This document shows positions 40,361-50,586 of a DNA stretch of 64,000 bases, one piece after another. Origin of the DNA: Octopus bimaculoides (taxonomy: Eukaryota); assembly GCF_001194135.2 (NCBI RefSeq), contig NC_068982.1, positions 126,329,900 to 126,393,899 of the forward strand, written 5' to 3'. Below the pieces are notes generated by a model that saw only the letters and a list, made by a program, of their open reading frames with translations, ran no database searches and was not told where the DNA came from. The position numbers were made by a program, and so were the translations under genes. The stretch's first letter is position 1; every line of letters begins with the position of its first letter.

Positions 40361-41744
40361 ACAGCCTTTATCAACAAATTTACCATCAATTGCACTCAAA
40401 GAAGAATGGCATTCTGTCATAAGAAATAATAAAACAAAAAAACTCATTTAATGCACAATACTAGGAAGATGGAGAAGAAAAAGGATGAAGAAATTAAACT
40501 TTAATGAAAGCTTGAAGTTACAAGAAATTTTAAAGAGCTTTAAATCTGAGATATACAGTGCCAAACTATTTAAAGCAACGTTATAGTAATAGTAGGAAAC
40601 ATTTTCAAGAGTTTGCATGGCAGAAATAATAAAAGCAAAACTTCAAAACAAATGGTACTTATATAGTGTAGAGATAATTCTAGAAAATGAGGAAAAATGC
40701 TAACTTACATTCTATTTACTTTTTAACTCACTATTCTATGCTAAAGTGAACGAGATTTTCACATTTACATATTGTTAGCTCAATTGTTTTTACCAGTGGA
40801 AAACCATCCTTCTTGCAGCTGACCACTCAAGCAAATTGGGGTCATTGAAGTAATGAACCTTGCCTACGGACACAACACAGTTACTTCAATAATAACGCTT
40901 GAATTCATGATCTTGTGGTCAGCAGTAGTCTTGCACTACTACATCCATTTTAATAGAAATATCACTAATTCACTAACAGTAAAGGAAGAAAATAGAAAGA
41001 GAAAATGACTACTTAATCTTTCTAGCCTTGATATTCCTTTTGGACAATTTATAGCATCTCTTAAATCTTTCTACATTAACGACACAGCTTGTATGCGGAA
41101 GAAAGCTGAACTGTTACCAACCGTGAAAGAGTGCCAGAAATGCGGAATTTGTAAATTAGAAACAGCAAAATATGCAATATGTCTACATGCACTGATACTT
41201 ATGTATACACACATACCATTACAAGATACCTGCCATAAGTAAATACTCAAGAAAAGCAGTAGTCATTAATACAGTAAATTAACAAAAGACTTTATCAATG
41301 AGACAACAGTTTGACAAAAAAAAAAAAAAAATCTTACACTTATCTATAGAAATTAATAAGTTTAGTGAGTTCTAAGTACATATGCATTTGAGTAAAATAT
41401 TCAATTATATACACAATACAGATGATACATTTCCATCTTTTGTACAGATGCATTCACACACAAACGAACATATACACATGCATACATATGCACAAACACA
41501 CACGATAGATAAAACGCACACTAGTAAAATGAGGAAAGAAACAATACATAAAGTTGGACAAGCAAAACAAGTGGCGGAACAAGCAGAGAAAAATAAAACA
41601 AAACATTAACAATCAAGGAATGTGTACAATGAAAACAAATATGTTAAAAGGAAAGAAATGGAAGGACTAACATTTCAGGTGACACTCCTTATGACATACA
41701 ATCAACCCTGAATTTACTCATTTCATGTTACATTTAACTTACTC

Positions 41745-42002
41745 TTTCTCTCTCTTTTACTCGTTTCAGTCATTTGACTGTGGCCATGCTGGAGCACCAC
41801 CTTTAGTCGAGCAAATCGACTCCAGGACTTATTCTTTGTAAGCCTAGTACTTAACTTATTCTATTGTTCTCTTTTGCCAAACCGCTAAGTTACGGGGACG
41901 TAAACACACCAGCATCAGTTGTCAAGCGATGTTGGGGGGGGGGGGCATAGACACACACACATATATATACATACATACATATATACGACAGGCTTCTTTC
42001 AG
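41745..42002 (-). mobile_element. SINE family A, 3' half
   Basis: High similarity to the other A copies. Confidence 0.85.
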
Positions 42003-42185
42003 GCTACTTGCGTAGTTTCACTTCAGTATGGTTTCAGTTTGGGCTTTTTTTTTTCTCTTTTTTTTATCACAGATACCCACTTCAGTTCTTCATTTTTCTT
42101 GCCATGTTAGTCTCATTTCACATCTCAGATATATTTTAGCACAGCCAATTTGGTGCTGCCTATCCACTTATTATTCAAAACTGAC

Positions 42186-42915
42186 GGATCTTTGGGGTTT
42201 GACGGGCAACATTTTTTTTGTAGTGTTTTTGGTACTGAAACACTTTCAAACTTCGAATATTTGTATATTTTGTGGTATAGAACAGATAAAAAATTTTGTA
42301 TTCCAAGTTATTTTATGTAAAAAATTCTCGTATTTCGGTAATTTCAACCAATCACTGACGTCTATTGAGGTGAAAACAATTAATGCCGTAAAGGTGTCAT
42401 GGGATCTTTTCCCTTGAATAAAATTAGTCCCGTTGTTTGTCAACAACCACTACCCGTGTTACTCTTATTTATGACATTGTTCATGCGATTGTACTGTCTT
42501 TAGGGTTTTAGGGTTAGGGTTCGGGTTTTAGAGTTAGGGTTAGTTTTAGGATTACGGTTAGGGTTATGATTATTTTTGCCATAACCTTAACTCTAGCCCT
42601 ATAACTCATAACCATAACCCTAACCCCAACCCTAAAACCCTAACCCTAACCTAAAATCCTAAACCCTTACTAGGGAATAATGATATAATTAAACAGGGAA
42701 TAACACACTTGACACCGATCAGCTGAATAGACGTCAGTGATTGGTTGAAATTACAGAAATACGACAACTTTAACATGAAATAACTTGCGATGTACAATTT
42801 TTTGTTAAGAAGGTTAAGAGAAGAAGTTGTTTTATATGACACATTCTACCAGTGTCCCAAGTTTGAAAGTGTTTCGTTAAGAAAACAAATGTTGCCCGTC
42901 AAACTCCAAAGATCC
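42186..42915. mobile_element. Non-autonomous foldback DNA transposon with nested inverted repeats and a head-to-head TTAGGG/CCCTAA-like core
   Basis: Perfect 8-bp TSD aaactgac (42178..42185, 42916..42923). Termini GGATCTTTGG...CCAAAGATCC. Outer IR 42186..42253/42859..42915; inner IR about 42290..42373/42719..42802 with a perfect 29-bp core. Degenerate telomere-like arrays at 42499..42567 and 42581..42668. Confidence 0.88.
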
Positions 42916-43276
42916 AAACTGACTCATTTGACATGAGACATTTTTTTATGTTTGTGTCATTCTCTACCACTGTCTCTTCTCTCTCCCCCTCTTACAGTTT
43001 GTGAGTATATTTCTCTTTATGTGTCTGAGGAGAAGGACAACGTTTACGTCAACCATACTCAATCAATAAATTGTAAAGTCTCACTTTCTCTTTCTCACTC
43101 TATCTGTATATTTCCGCATGCACATACATTTGTTTTATGCTCCAGTACCAAAAAATGGTCACCAAAACAGGTTCTATGTCTAGTCTGCCATACCAAGTCA
43201 TGAGCCTCCAAACACATCTGACCCCGACTGTTTCATTTGTCACTTCTTTGATAATGAGAGACATGACACCCTAAAC

Positions 43277-43565
43277 CAGTGGTTCCCAAGCTTGTTCAGG
43301 CTGCCACCCCCTTGACACCCAGGCCACATTCCTAGTGCCCCCACCCCAACTAACCGTCACAAATATAGTCCTCTTTCTAAAGCAAATTCAAAGCAACTGT
43401 TTTTCACAAATAAAACTCAACCTAATGAACCTATTATTTTGTTGTTTTTACATGAATCGCCACCCCATTATCGCCCCAATTTTTACATGAATCGCTACCT
43501 CATTATCACCCCACTTTTCTTCAACACTCCCTTGGAACTTGCACTGTCCACTTTGGGAACCACTG
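43277..43565. mobile_element. hAT-like MITE (family I)
   Basis: 13-bp perfect TIR cagtggttcccaa/ttgggaaccactg; perfect 8-bp TSD ccctaaac. Confidence 0.9.
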
Positions 43566-43943
43566 CCCTAAACTAATGCCTAAGTTTGATTTTTTGATTT
43601 TGTAAAATATTATCAGGATTGAATAATAGAGTTTCAAATGTCAACAAAGTTGATTTCTCTGGAAATGAAAATATATGAAATCAACTTCAAAATGGAAAAG
43701 GTTTAACAGAAACTGAAACCAGTTTTATATAGAGGAAGTAACTGTTAAAAAATAATCAGAGTGAGTTTAATTGCTGAACATTCAATAATTTTAGGATACA
43801 CATCATCATACAGTGACTTTCATCCTCATCATTTAATATACATTTTCCATGCTGGCATGGGTTGGATAGTTTGTTAAAATCCAATGAACCATAGAAAAAA
43901 ATCTGTTATTTTGGAAAGGAAAAAAAATCTAATATTTCAACAG

Positions 43944-43994
<51 letters not shown>

Positions 43995-44356
43995 GCTTTT
44001 ACAATCTGAAGGCAAGTAAACCAGAACTTCAAGATCAATGGTAATCTTTAACTTGTAAAAGTTAATATAAAAATTATGTAGTCTACTAAAAATTATTGAA
44101 TTCTTCAGTTTAATGCTTAATTGATTTTATAACTTGACATAAACAAACACACGCACACATGTAATAATCTACTTCTTAGCCCCTATTTCAGTAAGTGTTT
44201 GAATATATATTTTGTTTGTATATTTTATTTAACTAATAATTCAATTAAAAAAAAGAAAAAACATGTTTCTCTCATTTAACAGGATTTCAATTCATGCCAC
44301 CAACAGCTATGTAAACTAAGTAATGGGTGGATGGATGGATAAATGAATGTACATAA

Positions 44357-44392
<36 letters not shown>

Positions 44393-44480
44393 ATGTATAT
44401 ATGTATATATGGATGTATATACTCATTTTTACAAATTTATACACCCAAACAGAACTCAAAAGAGATTAGCTGGATTGACT

Positions 44481-44512
<32 letters not shown>

Positions 44513-44541
44513 TACACTACAACACTTTTGAATAATAATTC

Positions 44542-44656
44542 GAGGAGTGGCTGTGTGGTAAGAAGCTTGCTTACCAACCACATGGTTCCGACCAAAGCCT
44601 TGTGAGTGGATTTGGTAGACGGAAACTGAAAGAATCCCGTCATATATATGTGTATA

Positions 44657-44717
<61 letters not shown>

Positions 44718-44938
44718 CTGTGTATGTTTGTGTGTCTGTGTTTGTCCCCTCATCATCACTTGACAACCGATGGTGGTGTGTTTACGTCCCCGTAACTTAG
44801 CGGTTCAGCAAAAGAGATTGATAGAATAAGTACTAGGCTTACAAAGAATAAGTCCTGGGGTCGATTTGCTCGACTAAAGGCGGTGCTCCAGCATGGCCAC
44901 AGTCAAATGACTGAAACAAGTAAAAGAGTAAAGAGTAA
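44542..44938 (+). mobile_element. SINE family A with deletion in the head
   Basis: ggttccg|accaaagcc junction removes the B-box region; body and tail are near consensus. Confidence 0.85.
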
Positions 44939-45298
44939 GGCAATAAGAAGAAACCACACCAAGTATATTTGCCAAGTTATCAATCCTAGGACAAAGCTGA
45001 CCTGAATTGCATTTTAGCACTAAAACCATTGAATCAGAACTGCATGTCGTTTTGACTCTCATTCTCTACACTTTGCATGATTTCACACACTAGTCACTAT
45101 GTAAAGCTATTTCCAACATCTAGTAAAATGAATAATAAATGAAGTCCTTGATGCCCCTTCTAGAATTTAAATGGTTCCTAAAGTAGAATAGCAGTGAAAC
45201 ATCAAATATTTGCCAAAATTTGAAGACTTCACTCAGCAGCATCACTTTGTGTCTCATCAGCGGATACACGATCAAATTTATACATTGCAATTTTCTAC

Positions 45299-45358
45299 AA
45301 TCCTGACAGTTCGCTCATTAATGTCCTCAATTCTAAAACCGTCATTTCACTTCTTGAA
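45299..45358 (-). CDS. Candidate internal exon, 60 nt (SRSEMTVLELRTLMSELSG)
   Basis: Acceptor ttattaatgtAG and weak donor TT|gtagaa. Phase 2 to 2. It supplies about the length needed between the EGxxNxxE and GxxxxK motifs of a CMTR1-like alignment. A decayed LINE fragment is an alternative explanation. Confidence 0.35.
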
Positions 45359-46952
45359 CTACATTAATAAATAATTTATTATTCCAAGTTCAATAATGTC
45401 TTTCTGTTTGACACATTTGCTTATCAACCACATTCTTCTTTTACTTCTCTACAATTTTATTATAAGGACCACCATACCATATATTAAAGTAGTACATACA
45501 AGACTGGTCATAATGTTCTCTTCCCTTACAAAGGCCTTAAACACTGACAAAGAAATGTAACTGAATATGCCAAAAAATTGTTTTCTCTTCTATCTCTTAT
45601 CTCTTCAGATACTTCAAAAAGTTTTGAAATTTTAATCTACTCTGTGACTAGTGACCACCAAGGAAGTTACTTTTTCCCCATTTTTTAAAATGATTAATGT
45701 CTTCAGATATTCAAACAACATTCCCCAATAATGATGTCAACCATCAACAAGAGTCATTTATAAAACTGGATTCACTATTTAGATCCAGAAATATGATTCT
45801 GTTTAACACCTCCCTAACTGAAGCCAAATCTATCAAGCTCTAACCTTCCTCATTGACCACCTGTATGAGTGAGTGGGTGTGTGTGTATACATACGTACAC
45901 ACATATATGTATATGTAAAGCCTTTACAATTCAACAAGAGGAACAATGGTCAAGAATTGAATTAAATCATCTGAAAGATAGATGAACATCAAGTTTTAAA
46001 ACAATCACCATGTGCAGATACCTTTAAGGATATTTAGGATAAAAAGAAAAGAAGTAAAATAGCTTCAAGCTCTTTTCAAATCACCTTTAGCTCCCAAGAC
46101 TAATTAGGAGGAGGGGGGGGGATACAAATAATTTTTTTTTTTTTAAACCAAATATAAAATTGTAAGAAAAAGAAAAAGAATTGACAATTAAACAAAACCA
46201 TTAATAAAAATTGTTTTGTATAAAAATGAAAAAAAAAAAGTTTGTAATTAATTGCTGATTGATTAGAATTTCTAGCAAGAAATTATTCTTGTGCGAGTGG
46301 TATGCTTCCAGGACAGGTTTGTTACTCGGCAGCGACAGCCACACATCTTTGATCATTCAATCAGAAACAACTATTTAGCTGCAGTTTTTTTAATGGAAAA
46401 TCTGAAATTACTATTCCAAATATGCTATTCTTTATTAGTTGTTTTAATTTNNNNNNNNNNNNNNNNNNNNNNNNNNNNNNNNNNNNNNNNNNNNNNNNNN
46501 NNNNNNNNNNNNNNNNNNNNNNNNNNNNNNNNNNNNNNNNNNNCTGTAATTTACACAGTAAACAAGGAGGAAAAATGTGTTTGGGAGGGGGTTTAATGTG
46601 TCGTAATATCTTCAAGTTGGGAAATAAAAATTGTGCTTTAAATACAGTTTTAAATGTTTTTTTTCTTTTTTGAAACCTGTAATTTCTCTTATATTATGAG
46701 AACTTGATTAAAATAAATATATTTACAACAAATCAAAAAAAAAAAACACATACATTATAAATGATTAAAGATTGTCTGTATTGTTTGAGTCAGATGTATA
46801 ATTTTCAGTGCAAATAATAAGAGGGAAGATGTAAGGATTTTAACATGTATAATCAAACATGAATTCACTTAGCATAATGTTTTTCTGAAGAGAACCTCAA
46901 TGTAGAATAGAAATTAACAATATAATTTCAGAGGTTTACGTAACTCAAGTAC

Positions 46953-47035
46953 CTTTGAGTATTCAAAGATTCTTCATAAATGTTTTGATGTCCTTCCTGA
47001 TACAAACTTCTGCAATAGACCAACACATTTTCAAA
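46953..47035 (-). CDS. Internal exon, 83 nt (FENVLVYCRSLYQEGHQNIYEESLNTQ)
   Basis: Acceptor ctgattaagcAG (tandem AAG/CAG) and donor AAAG|gtactt. EGHQNIYE resembles CMTR1 EGQENLQE (recalled). Confidence 0.5.
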
Positions 47036-47189
47036 CTGCTTAATCAGGTGGAAAGACAGCATCCCCCAACAGTTTCAGAATCTCAGAGACAGGTAGGAGG
47101 GATCCCCTGATCAAAGATCCGAAGTGTATGCCTGCAATAGAGAGGGCTTCGCCAAAGTTACTCCTGGACCAGATGATGGTGTCAAAGAG

Positions 47190-47340
47190 GATACCTTTTG
47201 ATACTAACTTGCCTGAAACTTCCCTTGTTTCATTGGTACAAGCTCCCTGTTTTAAAATGATCTTAATTAAAATCTTCCATCAAAATTGCATGGAAATTTA
47301 TGCTTCGAACAATAGCTTAATTACGACAAAGTTATTTTAA
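47190..47340. mobile_element. MITE family F fragment
   Basis: Reverse complement ttttaattaagatcattttaaaacaggg...gtatcaaaagg matches the F copies at 56.7 and 61.9 kb. Confidence 0.6.
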
Positions 47341-47404
47341 TAAGCTCACTCTTATTTTCGTAATTAACTGAAATAAAGGTAGAATATTTCAAATGAGATA
47401 TTCT

Positions 47405-48155
47405 TTTACTTGTTCCAGTCATTGACTGTGGCCATGCTGGAGCACTGCCTTTAGTCGAAGAAATCGATCCCCAGGACTTATTCTTTGTAAGCCTAGTACT
47501 TATTCTATCAGTCTCTTTTGCCGAACTGCTAAGTTACAGGGACGTAAACACACCAACATCGGTGTCTGTTTGATCAAAGCTGACTTTCAGCTAAAACAAT
47601 ACAACAACCTATTCTGTTGGCATGTATCCTTGTTATGTTAGCGACTGCAAGTTCTCTAGAGCTACACTGTGCCCAACAATTCTCAGATATTAGCGTGAAA
47701 CTAATTAACATATAAATTCATTATAAATATATTATGCAGGATTTATATTTAGGCATAGGCATGGCTGTGTGGTTAAGAAGCTTGCTTTGCAGCCACATGG
47801 TTCTGAGTTCAATCCAACTCCGTAACCCCTTGGACAAGTATTTTCTATTAAAGCTCCAGACTGACCAATGCATTGTGGGTGAATTTGATTGAGTGAAACT
47901 ATGTAGAGGCCAACTGGATGTATGAGTGTGTGTGTTTGTGCGTGTGCGTGCACGCATGTTTATTCCTCCTGTCACTTGACAACCAGTGTTGATTTGTTTA
48001 CAACTGCATAACTTAGCAGTTTCACAGAAGAGACTGATAGAGTAAATACCAGATTCTATAGGAAGTACTAAGGTTGATTTGTTCAACTACACCCTTCTGA
48101 GTGATGCCCCAGCATGGCCACTGCTCAATGACTGAAACAAGTAAATGGTAAAAGA
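47405..48155. mobile_element. Inverted pair of SINE-A copies (minus 47405..47563; plus about 47752..48155)
   Basis: Family-A motifs in opposite orientations. Confidence 0.75.
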
Positions 48156-48196
48156 ATACACACAGAGCATTGCCGCCTTGAATATATATTGGTCCA

Positions 48197-48380
48197 AGAC
48201 AGCAAGCTGGCAGAAACGGTATGTTGTCTGTCTCTACATTCTGAGTTCAAATTCCACAGGTCGATTTTGTCTTTTATCCTTTCAGGGTCGATAAATTAAG
48301 TACCAGTTGCATACTAGGTCGATCTAGTCGACTGCCCCCCCAAAAAAAAAATTTCGGGCCTTGTGCCTAGAGTAGGAAAA
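48197..48380 (+). mobile_element. SINE family B with internal deletion
   Basis: 17-bp perfect TSD gaatatatattggtcca (48180..48196, 48381..48397). Confidence 0.88.
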
Positions 48381-48481
48381 GAATATATATTGGTCCAGTA
48401 GAGTCAACTAGGTATTCCAGAACACCTAGCAGGCATTAAGTTTTGTCTGACAGATATAGAAAATCAAACTTTGAGACTCAC

Positions 48482-48492
48482 CATGGACCTAC
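48482..48492 (-). CDS. 3' end of an exon whose remainder lies in the N-gap (..RSM)
   Basis: Strong donor ATG|gtgagt 11 nt from the gap edge at 48493. A phase-0 reading joins the 47035 exon. Confidence 0.4.
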
Positions 48493-49142
48493 NNNNNNNN
48501 NNNNNNNNNNNNNNNNNNNNNNNNNNNNNNNNNNNNNNNNNNNNNNNNNNNNNNNNNNNNNNNNNNNNNNNNNNNNNNNNNNNNNNNNNNNNNNNNNNNN
48601 NNNNNNNNNNNNNNNNNNNNNNNNNNNNNNNNNNNNNNNNNNNNNNNNNNNNNNNNNNNNNNNNNNNNNNNNNNNNNNNNNNNNNNNNNNNNNNNNNNNN
48701 NNNNNNNNNNNNNNNNNNNNNNNNNNNNNNNNNNNNAAAAAAAAAAAAAAAAAGAAAAGAAAGAAAGAAAAAAATGAAGAACCAGATTGCAAAGATAGTG
48801 GTTGCTTTAGTTATTAGTTATTATAGCAATAGCAATTTTGTATCAATGGTGTGCTGCATTGGTAGAATCATTAAAGCATTGGATAAAATGCTTTATAATA
48901 TTTGTTCTAGCTTAGTGGCATTTCTTCCAGCTCTTTACGTTCTGGGTTCAAATTCCAATAAGGTCACTTTTGCCTTTCATATTTCTGGGGTGATAAAACA
49001 GATATCTGTTGAAGACTGGAATTGATGAAATCAATTTACCCAGTTTCCCTTAAAATTGCTGGCTTTGTGCCAAAATTTGTAAGCTGGAACAATATTTGTT
49101 CCAGCTTACTCAAAATGCTCTTTAGGTTCAAATCCAACCAAA

Positions 49143-49252
49143 GGTGAAAGTAAAGAATACGTACAGCCGGTGGTTAGGGTTAGGGGTTAAAGTTGGGTTT
49201 AGGGTTTTTGTCATGCTGAAAACGGGCCGTGTACGTATTTTTAACTTCTGCC
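49143..49252. mobile_element. 110-bp MITE with about 25-bp imperfect TIRs and a TTAGGG-like core
   Basis: Direct repeat ccaaccaaa on both sides (49134..49142, 49253..49261). TIR core aatacgtaca/tgtacgtatt; internal ggttagggttaggggttaaagttgggtttagggtt. It interrupts a decayed SINE-B segment. Confidence 0.7.
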
Positions 49253-49454
49253 CCAACCAAAAGTGAATTTACCTTCCATTCTTCTGAGACGGAGGAAGTA
49301 CTAGGTTTGTCACACATTCTCTCTCTCTCTCTCTCTGTCTGTCTCTCCCATTCTTTTTCTAGACAGACTACATTGTGCTATGAGTAAGATTTTTCCACAT
49401 AAGAGAAAATGATTATGCTGCTGAAACCATACAATAGCAGATCAATGAACAATG

Positions 49455-49836
49455 GGCGCAGGAGTGGCTGTGTGGTAAGTAGCTTGCTTCCCAACCACAT
49501 GCTTCCGGGTTCAGTCCTACAGCGTGGTACCTTGGGTAAATGTCATCTATTATAGTTTCGGGCCGACCAAAGTCTTGCGAGTGGCAAACAGAAACTGAAA
49601 GAAGCCAGTCACATATATATATATAAGTATATGTTTATGTGTGTGTTTGTCCCCCCTCCCACCATTGCTTGACAACCGATGTTGGTGTGGTCGCATCCCC
49701 GTGACTCAGCAGTTCAGCAAAAGAGACGATAGAATAAGTACTAGGCTTACAAACAATAATTCCTGGGGTTGGTTTGTTCGACTAAAGGCAGTGCTCCAGC
49801 ATGGCCACAGCCAAATGACTGAAAACAAATAAAAGA
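49455..49836 (+). mobile_element. SINE family A, full length
   Basis: Starts ggcgcaggagtggctgtgtgg and ends gactgaaaacaaataaaag. Confidence 0.85.
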
Positions 49837-50301
49837 AATTAGCATAGAATGGAAACTGAGTAAAGAATTTTGTATGATCTTCGCCCTCACATATTTAACC
49901 TTAATGCATTAACAACAGCAGTAGTTTTCAAGGCATTGTTACATTCCAATAATGGTTTCAGATTTAGGCATGATGCCAGTAATTTTCAGAGAAGGGGTTT
50001 AGCTGATTACATGAACATCAGTGTTCAGCCCCTGAAAGGATGAAAGGCAGAGTCAGCCTTGACAGGATTTAGACATAGAACATAAGGAGTCAGAAGAAAT
50101 GGTGCTAAGCAGTTTTTTTTTTTTGGTCCAAATTCCTAACAGTTCTGCCAGAAGTAATAAAAGCAGCAAAGTGGCAGAGTTATAAGGACATTGGACAGGT
50201 TGTCTCACAGTATTTGTTCAGACTAAGTGATCTGAGTTCAAATCTTGCCACGGTCAACTTAGCCTGTTGTTCAGCAATACTGTCAATCAAATGCATTAGA
50301 T

Positions 50302-50586
50302 AAGTGGTTCCCAAACTTTTATAGGTTGCCACCCCTTTGAAACCTGGGCCATATTTCTAGTGCCTCCACCCTAACTAACCATCACAAATATAGACCTCTT
50401 TCTGAAGCAAATTCAAAGCAACTGTATTTCACAAAGAAAACTGAACCTAATGAACCCATTATTTTGTTGTTTTTACATGAATTGCTCCCCCCATTATCAC
50501 TCCACTTTTCCTCAACATCCCCTTGGAACTTTCCACTCCTCCACCCTCAGGGGGAGGGGCAATACTGCCCACTTTGGGAACCACTG
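50302..50586. mobile_element. hAT-like MITE (family I, second copy)
   Basis: Same TIR and internal sequence as 43277..43565; TSD cattagat/tattagat (7 of 8). Confidence 0.85.

Noticed and set aside
42499-42668. True telomere fusion site
   Set aside because: Arrays are short and degenerate, and sit inside TIRs with an 8-bp TSD, so a transposon is the better explanation.
47213-47246. Apparent 34-nt exon (ELVPMKQGKFQ) with GC donor CAG|gcaagt
   Set aside because: It lies wholly inside a family-F MITE fragment, and the chain closes without it (48482 phase 0 to 47035). Exonisation cannot be excluded.
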